From Nemertoderma westbladi (taxonomy: Eukaryota > Animalia > Xenacoelomorpha), in the NCBI GenBank assembly GCA_032718475.1, contig JAUCBJ010001576.1:1-64000 (forward strand): 64,000 bases of DNA, given 5' to 3'. Shown in pieces: positions 19,824 to 32,925 of this stretch. Both the position numbers and the translations under genes were made by a program. Numbering within the stretch: the stretch's first letter is position 1; each line of letters begins with the position of its first letter. The notes under the pieces are model-generated. The model had not been told where the DNA came from. It was given only the letters and a program-made list of their open reading frames with translations, and ran no database searches.

Positions 19824-21152
19824 AGTTATCGGGGAATGTCATTGATCTCGATTGCTGCATAGCTATACAATAGAATTATAATAAATCGCATCAGGGATCC
19901 CATTGAGAGACTGCTCCGTGGAAATCAGAATTGGTTCCGTAAAGGTCGTGGGACCATGGAGCCCATTCTGGCACTTAGAAGGATATTTGAAGAATTATCA
20001 AAAAAGAAAGACAGGCATCTGGCTGTTATCTTTGTTTACTTCTTCAAGGCCTTTGATTCAGTCTCTCGCTCAGCATACTTCAGCATACTTTCATTATATG
20101 GGATTCCTGATGAAATTATTGCAGCAATCAGATCAGTATACGATGGTTCGACAACATTTGTGTCTACTGTTGATGGTGACACAGAACCATTTGTAGTGTT
20201 ATGGGGCGTCCTCCAAGGAGACACACTTGCACCATTCTTGTTCATTATTGTGGTTGACTATGTTCTACGCATGTCCTTAGATCATCATAATGATGATGGG
20301 GTGATGATAACTCCACCTACTGGCTCCAGAAGTCGAGGAAATCCTGCCAAGTACCTAACTGATCTAGACTTTGCTGATGACTTAGGAGTACTCTCAGAAT
20401 CACTAGAGGGAGCCCAACGGCTCCTTAGATCATTAGAACAGGCTGCTTCTAGAGTTGGTCTTTTTATTAACTCCAAAAAGGCCAAAATTTTGACAGTTAA
20501 CTTTGAAAGTCCTCAGCAAGTCTCTGACCGGATGAGCATAAGCTCAAAGGATGGTATGCTTGAGCATGTGGACGAATGCTGTTACCTGGGATCATGGATC
20601 CAGAAGTCAGGTGAGGACCTTCGAATAAGTAAGGGAAAGGCATGGGCAGCCTTGAATAGGCTTTCCAGGATTTGGAAGTCACAGAGAATTAATCGGAAAC
20701 TTAAGGTCCGATTATTTAGAGCATCAGTAGTTCCAGTACTCCTCTATGGGAGTCCATGCTGGGCTATAACTGCTGAGGACACCAAATCTCTGGATGGCAC
20801 ATTCACAAGAATGCTGCTACGCCGGGTTCATTGTGTCAAGTACAATGCACACATCTCCAACCAGACAGTATATAACATTGGAGGTGTCTCATTTGTTCCC
20901 CCAAGCTTGACACAAGAGCAAAGTCGCCTCCGCTTTGCAGGACATTGCTTTCGCCGTGAGGACCAGCCAGTGCATAATCTTGTACTTTGGCAGCCTCATG
21001 GAGTGAATAAGCATGGTGGACAGCCCATGACTTTCTTGAGACGCAACTTAAAGGACACTAGTCTTGAAGATGCGGATGATCTAGTAAATGTCATGGGTGA
21101 TAGGGAGTTGTGGCGGCGCAATTTTGTCGACAAGCCGGCACAGCATTCTTAA
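19824..21152 (+). mobile_element. 5'-truncated RTE-like LINE, reverse transcriptase remnant
   Basis: YRGMSLISIAA*LYNRII (contains a stop), then KAFDSVSR, GVLQGDTLAPFLF, DLDFADDL, YLGSWI, LLYGSPCW and RLRFAGHC. Confidence 0.9.
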
Positions 21153-21588
21153 AAATGCAGCTGCAATGCATCATGCCGATCCTAGTAGTAATGTCAGTTT
21201 GACGGGCGGTAGGACATAAGCGGCTGTTGTTGTAGTTTCGAGTTTAGATGGTTTGGTTATTTCTGGTGTGACCATTGTACTGACTTATTTGGAAAACGAC
21301 CACACAACTAAACTTTAGCAAGGTGTGACACAACTAGCCATAGTCTAAATTCCGGTACATAGATAAAATGTAAAACCAATACATATTTGATGAGATTTAA
21401 TTTTAGGTGGTAAAGGCTACTTGGTAACTATATGTATAATAATAATGCTATTAAATAAAATATACTGATATCGGACTTTGGACTATACATTACAATAATT
21501 AGACTTGTGAAAGATAACCAATAAAATGAAAAGTTTGCATCCTTTTTGCCTTGACAATTAATTAATTAATTATTAATTTGTTAATGAA

Positions 21589-22260
21589 ATGTCGCAGAGT
21601 AGATCTGACATCAAAATAAGAAGAATCGAAGAAATCGATTTACCCAGAGTTCGTAATTTGGTTCATTACGGTTTGTTAGAACTGTGTTGGCCATTTTACA
21701 TAAATGTTCTCTGCCGATCAACCTTCTATATTCCTGTCTCCAGTTTAATCGTCACAACATTTTATTTTACTTCCATAAGTCTACTTTACATATTATTGGG
21801 TTTATCATTGCTACTCATATGTTTATATCAATGGCAGAAACTTGCCATTTATCGATCGATTTCAATTCGACTCATACGAGGTCAAATATCTAGTTGGAAT
21901 GAATTAAAGGGGCATTTCTTTATTAGAGGTGGGGATTTCTGGGTAGCAACTCTCGATGATAAAATAGTAGGATGTGTGGGGATGGAAGTTTCCGAGGATG
22001 GTGTAGCAAATCTACTAAGAATGATCACAGATCCGGATCACAGGGGATGTGGGATTGCCTCTCTACTAATGGATCACTTTATTATGGAAGCTAAGGCAAA
22101 AGGATTGCACCACCTAATGTTGGATACATCGGAATACCAATACATTGCAATGTCTTTCTATAGAAAAACAGGATGGAAACAAGTTGGCAGATATACTGTA
22201 AACATGCCGCTCAATTACCCATACAAATTGTATAAAAATTATTACGAAAAATTCATTTAA
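21589..22260 (+). CDS. NAT8/camello-like GNAT N-acetyltransferase, copy 2 (223 aa)
   Basis: Same GNAT motifs as 15883-16554, with about 99% identical core and divergent ends. Confidence 0.88.
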   Translation: MSQSRSDIKIRRIEEIDLPRVRNLVHYGLLELCWPFYINVLCRSTFYIPVSSLIVTTFYFTSISLLYILLGLSLLLICLYQWQKLAIYRSISIRLIRGQISSWNELKGHFFIRGGDFWVATLDDKIVGCVGMEVSEDGVANLLRMITDPDHRGCGIASLLMDHFIMEAKAKGLHHLMLDTSEYQYIAMSFYRKTGWKQVGRYTVNMPLNYPYKLYKNYYEKFI

Positions 22261-22813
22261 AATTTGATTGATTATTAACAATCATATAATAAAATACATC
22301 ATATATTTTATATCGTTTAATGAATTAGTTATAGTTGATGAGATATTTCAATCGAGTTTACTACTAACACCGTTTGTATTTATTTACTCAAATAAACGCC
22401 CCTTCAATGTGCACTATATTGATACCAGTACATAATTCCTCCTATGAGTTCAAAATTTAGCGTATTTATTCATTTTGATATTTCGGATTAACAGATGTTA
22501 CCTACCTCTGCACTTCGAACCTGTTTGCTTATCAAATCTCAAGTATACTCTAATACGGTTTGCTGTGCATGTATGATTAAATGGGTAAGGTCTAATGGGC
22601 CGTGGGGTCACATGGGTCTAGTAGTTCACTCTTGAATTGCTGAAGTAGGCATTCTGTCTAACGAGGTAAGACTTACTGTACTTTTGTACTTGTAGGCAGT
22701 GTAAGTGTAGAACCTGGGGGTAGGTGTTTAAGTTAACACCGAGTCTTACTTGTTATTTTATTAATGATATGTTCAGAACCTCGTTGACTGATTTTTACTC
22801 ATTAAGTTCGTTC

Positions 22814-22874
22814 GTGTAGCAAACCTACTCTGATTATCATAAGTGTAGCAAACCTACTCTGATTATCATAAGTG
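22814..22874. repeat. 29-bp tandem duplication
   Basis: GTGTAGCAAACCTACTCTGATTATCATAA occurs twice. Confidence 0.85.
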
Positions 22875-23142
22875 CGAGAATTCCGTACACGAAGTCTATA
22901 ACTACCATTATATTGTCTAGTAAAATAAATCATAAATTATTTACAGAATTAACATCAACAAAATATAAACGTAACAAATATACAAAAATAAAGACAAACA
23001 TACAAAATATCATTTAACGAAAAATTAATATATAGGATATTGCCGATGGATTACATGAAGAGAGGCAAAACATTTATTATCTTATCTCTTATACAATTCA
23101 GTAGCTGCAAATGGTACCACCCCCATCCCCTTGGAGGCTACA

Positions 23143-23475
23143 CTAGTAGAACTGTCCGCGCCTCTCACCGCCTCCCTTTTTCCTCCGACCGGTACTAGGA
23201 CGGCCGTGGCTCCTCGCGATCCTCCTAGCTTCCTCCTCCAACGACACCTCGATGTCTCCCTCGTGCTGCAACGCCGCATCCAACACCGCCTGAACCCGCG
23301 GCGCAACCGTCGGACCCTCGTAGTCCCGGGTCGTCCGGTACGGCATGTCCAACTCCAGGCTGAGGACGTTGTCCACCATGTACCGGGCGTTGTGAGTCAC
23401 TTGAGCGGCGCGTTTAGCGAACGCAGTCCACGGCCTTCGGTTACCTACCGCCGATTTCGGTCGCTTCGCCATCTC
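23143..23475 (-). CDS. KIF3B: Kinesin-2 subunit KIF3B-like, last coding exon (tail)
   Basis: Acceptor tttctccAG|GAG; translation [41 protein letters not shown] matches the KIF3B tail signature; ends in TAG. Confidence 0.9.
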   Translation of the reverse strand, partial: EMAKRPKSAVGNRRPWTAFAKRAAQVTHNARYMVDNVLSLELDMPYRTTRDYEGPTVAPRVQAVLDAALQHEGDIEVSLEEEARRIARSHGRPSTGRRKKGGGERRGQFY

Positions 23476-23667
23476 CTGGAGAAATAAGGAAGAAGAGTTG
23501 CGGGAATATCCAAGTCTAGAACCAAATCCTACAGATTGTCGATTTCCAAGTGGCTTTAGAAATTATATGTCAATATCAATAATGATAATTGTGTAAATTA
23601 AATCCCGTTGTTTACATTGATAAAATATTTAATATCAAAGAAATAATATTAATTAGCCTAATCTAAC

Positions 23668-23904
23668 CTCTGTTCCTTCCTTAGCGCTGGTGAGTTTCCA
23701 TTGGTCCGTTTCGTCATCCCAGTAAGCTTTATCGGCTGTTTTGGTTCGCTCCTCTGGGGGTATAAAGTTCTCAATAATAAGAAGTTTTAACTTTAAGTGT
23801 CTCGTTAGTTCTGTAAGAGTTTGTTCCAAATCCTGTCGTTCCCTGGATTGTTCCGCCTTTTCATCTTCGATTTCATCCTTTACAACTTCCAGTTTACTAA
23901 ACAA
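23668..23904 (-). CDS. KIF3B: KIF3B-like internal exon (stalk/tail)
   Basis: ttctAG|TTG..GAG|gttaga, 79 codons: [34 protein letters not shown]. Confidence 0.9.
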
Positions 23905-24513
23905 CTAGAAATCAGAAATGAAACAATAAATAGCTGTTATGTAACTTTATACGACGGGAGACTTTATGCGACGGGTGAGAAAACTTTATAGGCAAGGCGG
24001 GAAACAAGGTCGACTACCAATTACTTTTATTTTTCTCGGTATATATTGAAACAATAATGTTATCGCAGGTACAGTGAAACGACAAAGTATGACTACGACC
24101 CCATTGTATATTGTTATAACAATAATTATAGAAACCTTAATAAAAAGCAAACTTAATAAAAACAACTTATATATAACCAATCAGTATCCATTGACTTTTT
24201 TCGCCGGGAAAAAAATAAAAATCAATGCATTCCTATTGATAAATTTTTTTCATAGGGAAAAAGTACTTATATTTTTTCTAATTTTGAGGTATATTCGAGC
24301 GGAAAAGTAACAATTTAAGAATAAAACTTATTATTTAATTCGAAATTCAACAACATAAGCTCTGGATTGGCTCCGATTAGATCTAATGTTTTAATGAAAT
24401 TAATTGCGCGTCCCCCCCCCCCCCCCCCCCCCCCCCCGCGGTCCACGCCATGTGTTGGACATTTAGACTGAAACTAAAAGGAAGAATTCTGAACCCAATG
24501 AAATAATTAATAC

Positions 24514-24738
24514 CTTTTTAAGTTTTTTCGTTTTAACATCAACTTCCTCCTTTAACGAACTATAAGTCTCCTTCATATCGAGAGCTGTCTCTTCTTTCTC
24601 AGCCAACCTCTGTTGCATCTCTCGCTCTTTCCTTTGCTGTTCGAATATTTCAGTTCGCCGTTTATCTAACGCCATCTGCTGCTCCTTGGTGTGGTCGAAG
24701 ATAGTTTTACCGCCGACTAACAATTTGCTCTCCATACT
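24514..24738 (-). CDS. KIF3B: KIF3B-like internal exon (coiled-coil stalk)
   Basis: tttatAG|AGT..AAG|gtatta, 75 codons: SMESKLLVGGKTIFDHTKEQQ..ETYSSLKEEVDVKTKKLKK. Confidence 0.92.
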
Positions 24739-24779
24739 CTATAAACGTGAAATAAGTTACTTCGATTGCCGATCATATT

Positions 24780-27700
24780 GTAACTCCAGATGGATATCAG
24801 ACACGCCTTACTTAGAGTGGTGCTACTTGGGTAACTCCAGATGGATATCAGACACGCCTTACTTAGAGTGGGGCTACTTGGGTAACTCCAGATGGATATC
24901 AGACACGCCTTACTTAGAGTGGTGCTACTTGGGTAACTCCAGATGGATATCAGACACGCCTTACTTAGAGTGGTGCTACTTGGGTAACTCCAGATGGATA
25001 TCAGACACGCCTTACTTAGAGTGGTGCTACTTGGGTAACTACAGATGGATATCAGACACGCCTTACTTAGAGTGGTGCTACTTGGGTAACTCCAGATGGA
25101 TATCAGACACGCCTTACTTAGAGTGGTGCTACTTGGGTAACTCCAGATGGATATCAGACACGCCTTACTTAGAGTGGTGCTACTTGGGTAACTACAGATG
25201 GATATCAGACACGCCTTACTTAGAGTGGTGCTACTTGGGTAACTCCAGATGGATATCAGACCCGCCTTACTTAGAGTGGTGCTACTTGGGTAACTCCAGA
25301 TGGATATCAGACCCGCCTTACTTAGAGTGGTGCTACTTGGGTAACTCCAGATGGATATCAGACCCGCCTTACTTAGAGTGGTGCTACTTGGGTAACTACA
25401 GATGGATATCAGACACGCCTTACTTAGAGTGGTGCTACTTGGGTAACTACAGATGGATATCAGACACGCCTTACTTAGAGTGGTGCTACTTGGGTAACTC
25501 CAGATGGATATCAGACACGCCTTACTTAGAGTGGTGCTACTTGGGTAACTCCAGATGGATATCAGACCCGCCTTACTTAGAGTGGTGCTACTTGGGTAAC
25601 TACAGATGGATATCAGACACGCCTTACTTAGAGTGGTGCTACTTGGGTAACTACAGATGGATATCAGACACGCCTTACTTAGAGTGGTGCTACTTGGGTA
25701 ACTACAGATGGATATCAGACACGCCTTACTTAGAGTGGTGCTACTTGGGTAACTACAGATGGATATCAGACACGCCTTACTTAGAGTGGTGCTACTTGGG
25801 TAACTCCAGATGGATATCAGACACGCCTTACTTAGAGTGGTGCTACTTGGGTAACTCCAGATGGATATCAGACACGCCTTACTTAGAGTGGTGCTACTTG
25901 GGTAACTCCAGATGGATATCAGACACGCCTTACTTAGAGTGGTGCTACTTGGGTAACTCCAGATGGATATCAGACACGCCTTACTTAGAGTGGTGCTACT
26001 TGGGTAACTACAGATGGATATCAGACACGCCTTACTTAGAGTGGTGCTACTTGGGTAACTCCAGATGGATATCAGACACGCCTTACTTAGAGTGGTGCTA
26101 CTTGGGTAACTACAGATGGATATCAGACACGCCTTACTTAGAGTGGTGCTACTTGGGTAACTCCAGATGGATATCAGACACGCCTTACTTAGAGTGGTGC
26201 TACTTGGGTAACTCCAGATGGATATCAGACACGCCTTACTTAGAGTGGTGCTACTTGGGTAACTCCAGATGGATATCAGACACGCCTTACTTAGAGTGGT
26301 GCTACTTGGGTAACTACAGATGGATATCAGACACGCCTTACTTAGAGTGGTGCTACTTGGGTAACTCCAGATGGATATCAGACACGCCTTACTTAGAGTG
26401 GTGCTACTTGGGTAACTCCAGATGGATATCAGACACGCCTTACTTAGAGTGGTGCTACTTGGGTATCTACAGATGGATATCAGACACGCCTTACTTAGAG
26501 TAGTGCTACTTGGGTAACTACAGATGGATATCAGACACGCCTTACTTAGAGTGGTGCTACTTGGGTAACTCCAGATGGATATCAGACACGCCTTACTTAG
26601 AGTGGTGCTACTTGGGTAACTACAGATGGATATCAGACACGCCTTACTTAGAGTGGTGCTACTTGGGTAACTACAGATGGATATCAGACACGCCTTACTT
26701 AGAGTGGTGCTACTTGGGTAACTACAGATGGATATCAGACACGCCTTACTTAGAGTGGTGCTACTTGGGTAACTACAGATGGATATCAGACACGCCTTAC
26801 TTAGAGTGGTGCTACTTGGGTAACTCCAGATGGATATCAGACACGCCTTACTTAGAGTGGTGCTACTTGGGTAACTACAGATGGATATCAGACACGCCTT
26901 ACTTAGAGTGGTGCTACTTGGGTAACTACAGATGGATATCAGACACGCCTTACTTAGAGTGGTGCTACTTGGGTAACTCCAGATGGATATCAGACACGCC
27001 TTACTTAGAGTGGTGCTACTTGGGTAACTACAGATGGATATCAGACACGCCTTACTTAGAGTGGTGCTACTTGGGTAACTACAGATGGATATCAGACACG
27101 CCTTACTTAGAGTGGTGCTACTTGGGTAACTACAGATGGATATCAGACACGCCTTACTTAGAGTGGTGCTACTTGGGTAACTCCAGATGGATATCAGACA
27201 CGCCTTACTTAGAGTGGTGCTACTTGGGTAACTCCAGATGGATATCAGACACGCCTTACTTAGAGTGGTGCTACTTGGGTAACTCCAGATGGATATCAGA
27301 CACGCCTTACTTAGAGTGGTGCTACTTGGGTAACTCCAGATGGATATCAGACACGCCTTACTTAGAGTGGTGCTACTTGGGTAACTCCAGATGGATATCA
27401 GACACGCCTTACTTAGAGTGGTGCTACTTGGGTAACTACAGATGGATATCAGACACGCCTTACTTAGAGTGGTGCTACTTGGGTAACTCCAGATGGATAT
27501 CAGACACGCCTTACTTAGAGTGGTGCTACTTGGGTAACTACAGATGGATATCAGACACGCCTTACTTAGAGTGGTGCTACTTGGGTAACTACAGATGGAT
27601 ATCAGACACGCCTTACTTAGAGTGGTGCTACTTGGGTAACTCCAGATGGATATCAGACACGCCTTACTTAGAGTGGTGCTACTTGGGTAACTCCAGATGG

Positions 27701-30700
27701 ATATCAGACACGCCTTACTTAGAGTGGTGCTACTTGGGTAACTACAGATGGATATCAGACACGCCTTACTTAGAGTGGTGCTACTTGGGTAACTCCAGAT
27801 GGATATCAGACACGCCTTACTTAGAGTGGTGCTACTTGGGTAACTCCAGATGGATATCAGACACGCCTTACTTAGAGTGGTGCTACTTGGGTAACTACAG
27901 ATGGATATCAGACACGCCTTACTTAGAGTGGTGCTACTTGGGTAACTCCAGATGGATATCAGACACGCCTTACTTAGAGTGGTGCTACTTGGGTAACTAC
28001 AGATGGATATCAGACACGCCTTACTTAGAGTGGTGCTACTTGGGTAACTACAGATGGATATCAGACACGCCTTACTTAGAGTGGTGCTACTTGGGTAACT
28101 CCAGATGGATATCAGACACGCCTTACTTAGAGTGGTGCTACTTGGGTAACTACAGATGGATATCAGACACGCCTTACTTAGAGTGGTGCTACTTGGGTAA
28201 CTACAGATGGATATCAGACACGCCTTACTTAGAGTGGTGCTACTTGGGTAACTACAGATGGATATCAGACACGCCTTACTTAGAGTGGTGCTACTTGGGT
28301 AACTCCAGATGGATATCAGACACGCCTTACTTAGAGTGGTGCTACTTGGGTAACTCCAGATGGATATCAGACACGCCTTACTTAGAGTGGTGCTACTTGG
28401 GTAACTACAGATGGATATCAGACACGCCTTACTTAGAGTGGTGCTACTTGGGTAACTACAGATGGATATCAGACACGCCTTACTTAGAGTGGTGCTACTT
28501 GGGTAACTACAGATGGATATCAGACACGCCTTACTTAGAGTGGTGCTACTTGGGTAACTCCAGATGGATATCAGACACGCCTTACTTAGAGTGGTGCTAC
28601 TTGGGTAACTCCAGATGGATATCAGACACGCCTTACTTAGAGTGGTGCTACTTGGGTAACTACAGATGGATATCAGACACGCCTTACTTAGAGTGGTGCT
28701 ACTTGGGTAACTACAGATGGATATCAGACACGCCTTACTTAGAGTGGTGCTACTTGGGTAACTACAGATGGATATCAGACACGCCTTACTTAGAGTGGTG
28801 CTACTTGGGTAACTACAGATGGATATCAGACACGCCTTACTTAGAGTGGTGCTACTTGGGTAACTCCAGATGGATATCAGACACGCCTTACTTAGAGTGG
28901 TGCTACTTGGGTAACTACAGATGGATATCAGACACGCCTTACTTAGAGTGGTGCTACTTGGGTAACTACAGATGGATATCAGACACGCCTTACTTAGAGT
29001 GGTGCTACTTGGGTAACTACAGATGGATATCAGACACGCCTTACTTAGAGTGGTGCTACTTGGGTAACTCCAGATGGATATCAGACACGCCTTACTTAGA
29101 GTGGTGCTACTTGGGTAACTCCAGATGGATATCAGACACGCCTTACTTAGAGTGGTGCTACTTGGGTAACTACAGATGGATATCAGACACGCCTTACTTA
29201 GAGTGGTGCTACTTGGGTAACTCCAGATGGATATCAGACACGCCTTACTTAGAGTGGTGCTACTTGGGTATCTACAGATGGATATCAGACACGCCTTACT
29301 TAGAGTAGTGCTACTTGGGTAACTACAGATGGATATCAGACACGCCTTACTTAGAGTGGTGCTACTTGGGTAACTCCAGATGGATATCAGACACGCCTTA
29401 CTTAGAGTGGTGCTACTTGGGTAACTACAGATGGATATCAGACACGCCTTACTTAGAGTGGTGCTACTTGGGTAACTACAGATGGATATCAGACACGTCT
29501 TACTTAGAGTGGTGCTACTTGGGTAACTACAGATGGATATCAGACACGCCTTACTTAGAGTGGTGCTACTTGGGTAACTCCAGATGGATATCAGACACGC
29601 CTTACTTAGAGTGGTGCTACTTGGGTATCTACAGATGGATATCAGACACGCCTTACTTAGAGTAGTGCTACTTGGGTAACTACAGATGGATATCAGACAC
29701 GCCTTACTTAGAGTGGTGCTACTTGGGTAACTCCAGATGGATATCAGACACGCCTTACTTAGAGTGGTGCTACTTGGGTATCTACAGATGGATATCAGAC
29801 ACGCCTTACTTAGAGTGGGGCTACTTGGATAACTACAGATGGATATCAGACACGCCTTACTTAGAGTGGTGCTACTTGGGTAACTACAGATGGATATCAG
29901 ACACGCCTTACTTAGAGTGGTGCTACTTGGGTAACTACAGATGGATATCAGACACGCCTTACTTAGAGTGGTGCTACTTGGGTAACTACAGATGGATATC
30001 AGACACGCCTTACTTAGAGTGGTGCTACTTGGGTAACTACAGATGGATATCAGACACGCCTTACTTAGAGAGGTGCTACTTGGGTAACTTCAGATGGATA
30101 TCAGACACGCCTTACTTAGAGTGGTGCTACTTGGGTAACTACAGATGGATATCAGACACGCCTTACTTAGAGTGGTGCTACTTGGGTAACTACAGATGGA
30201 TATCAGACACGCCTTACTTAGAGTGGTGCTACTTGGGTAACTACAGATGGAAATCAGACACGCCTTACTTAGAGTGGGGCTACTTGGGTAACTCCAGATG
30301 GATATCAGACCCGCCTTACTTAGAGTGGTGCTACTTGGGTAACTCCAGATGGATATCAGACACGCCTTACTTAGAGTGGTGCTACTTGGGGAACTCCAGA
30401 TGGATATCAGACACGCCTTACTTAGAGTGGTGCTACTTGGGTATCTACAGATGGATATCAGACACGCCTTACTTAGAGTGGTGCTACTTGGGTAACTACA
30501 GATGGATATCAGACACGCCTTACTTAGAGTGGTGCTACTTGGGTAACTACAGATGGATATCAGACACGCCTTACTTAGAGTGGTGCTACTTGGGTAACTA
30601 CAGATGGAAATCAGACACGCCTTACTTAGAGTGGGGCTACTTGGGTAACTCCAGATGGATATCAGACCCGCCTTACTTAGAGTGGTGCTACTTGGGTAAC

Positions 30701-32259
30701 TCCAGATGGATATCAGACACGCCTTACTTAGAGTGGTGCTACTTGGGTAACTACAGATGGATATCAGACACGCCTTACTTAGAGTGGGGCTACTTGGGTA
30801 ACTCCAGATGGATATCAGACCCGCCTTACTTAGAGTGGTGCTACTTGGGTAACTCCAGATGGATATCAGACACGCCTTACTTAGAGTGGTGCTACTTGGG
30901 TAACTACAGATGGAAATCAGACACGCCTTACTTAGAGTGGGGCTACTTGGGTAACTCCAGATGGATATCAGACCCGCCTTACTTAGAGTGGTGCTACTTG
31001 GGTAACTCCAGATGGATATCAGACACGCCTTACTTAGAGTGGTGCTACTTGGGTAACTCCAGATGGATATCAGACACGCCTTACTTAGAGTGGTGCTACT
31101 TGGGTAACTACAGATGGAAATCAGACACGCCTTACTTAGAGTGGGGCTACTTGGGTAACTCCAGATGGATATCAGACCCGCCTTACTTAGAGTGGTGCTA
31201 CTTGGGTAACTCCAGATGGATATCAGACACGCCTTACTTAGAGTAGTGCTACTTGGGTAACTCCAGATGGATATCAGACACGCCTTACTTAGAGTGGTGC
31301 TACTTGGGTAACTACAGATGGAAATCAGACACGCCTTACTTAGAGTGGGGCTACTTGGGTAACTCCAGATGGATATCAGACCCGCCTTACTTAGAGTGGT
31401 GCTACTTGGGTAACTCCAGATGGATATCAGACACGCCTTACTTAGAGTGGTGCTACTTGGGTAACTACAGATGGATATCAGACACGCCTTACTTAGAGTG
31501 GGGCTACTTGGGTAACTCCAGATGGATATCAGACCCGCCTTACTTAGAGTGGTGCTACTTGGGTAACTCCAGATGGATATCAGACACGCCTTACTTAGAG
31601 TAGTGCTACTGGGTAACTACAGATGGATATCAGACACGCCTTACTTAGAGTGGTGCTACTTGGGTAACTCCAGATGGATATCAGACACGCCTTACTTAGA
31701 GTAGTGCTACTGGGTAACTACAGATGGATATCAGACACGCCTTACTTAGAGTGGTGCTACTGGGTAACTACAGATGGATATCAGACACGCCTTACTTAGA
31801 GTGGTGCTACTTGGGTAACTACAGATGGATATCAGACACGCCTTACTTAGAGTGGTGCTACTTGGGTAACTACAGATGGATATCAGACACGTCTTACTTA
31901 GAGTGGTGCTACTTGGGTAACTACAGATGGATATCAGACACGCCTTACTTAGAGTGGTGCTACTTGGGTAACTACAGATGGATATCAGACACGCCTTACT
32001 TAGAGTGGTGCTACTTGGGTAACTACAGATGGATATCAGACACGCCTTACTTAGAGTGGTGCTACTTGGGTAACTACAGATGGATATCAGACACGCCTTA
32101 CTTAGAGTGGTGCTACTTGGGTAACTACAGATGGATATCAGACACGCCTTACTTAGAGTGGTGCTACTTGGGTAACTACAGATGGATATCAGACACGCCT
32201 TACTTAGAGTGGGGCTACTTGGGTAACTACAGATGGATATCAGACACGCCTTACTTAGA
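24780..32259. repeat. 51-bp satellite, left arm (about 147 copies), inside a KIF3B intron
   Basis: Unit GTAACT(C/A)CAGATGGATATCAGACACGCCTTACTTAGAGTGGTGCTACTTGG, head-to-tail. Confidence 0.98.
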
Positions 32260-32461
32260 GGGTAGGTGTAAAACGCGGATCCGGATCCGGATTCAGGATC
32301 CGGATACGGATTCAGGATCCGGATACGGATCAGGACCCGGATTTGCGAGTGTAAAAGGCGGATCCGGATTTACATACAATCCGTAACTGAGTGTAATATG
32401 CGGATTCTGAAATACGCAATCCGTATTGCAGTGTAAAACGCGGATTCATATATTTTGTGAA

Positions 32462-32925
32462 TCCGGAATGGAGTGTAAAATACGGATTTACGTTAATTAC
32501 CAAGTTTTAATGGATCCGGAATGGAGTGTAAAACACGGATTTACGTTTAATTACCAAGTTTTGTTAGATCCGGAATGGAGTGTAAAACACGGATTTTCGT
32601 TAATTACCAAGTTTTGTTGGATCCGGAATGGAGTGTAAAACACGGATTTTCGTAATTACCAAGTTTTGTTGGATCCGGAATGGAGTGTAAAACACGGATT
32701 TTCGTGAATTACCAAGTTTTGTTGGATCCGGAATGGAGTGTAAAACACGGATTTTCGTTAATTACCAAGTTTTAATGGATCCGGAAAGGGGTGTAAAACG
32801 CGGATTCAATTTATTTACCAAGTGTTACTAGATCCGGGAAGGGGTGTAAAACGCGGATTGATTCAGGTTAATTACAAAGTGTTACTGGATCCGGGAAGGG
32901 GTGTAAAATGCGGATTTACGTTAAT
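32462..32925 (+). repeat. Left subterminal ~53-bp repeat array of the foldback element
   Basis: About 9 copies of GGATCCGGAATGGAGTGTAAAACACGGATTTTCGTTAATTACCAAGTTTTGTT. Confidence 0.9.

Noticed and set aside
23082-23306. Alternative-frame KIF3B C-terminus (..[11 protein letters not shown]..)
   Set aside because: Only faint resemblance to kinesin-2 tail ends and no supporting splice site; the main frame ends normally at 23143.
24412-24437. Poly-C tract (poly-G on the transcript), possible G-quadruplex
   Set aside because: A simple homopolymer, likely a MITE remnant, with unreliable length; nothing indicates function.
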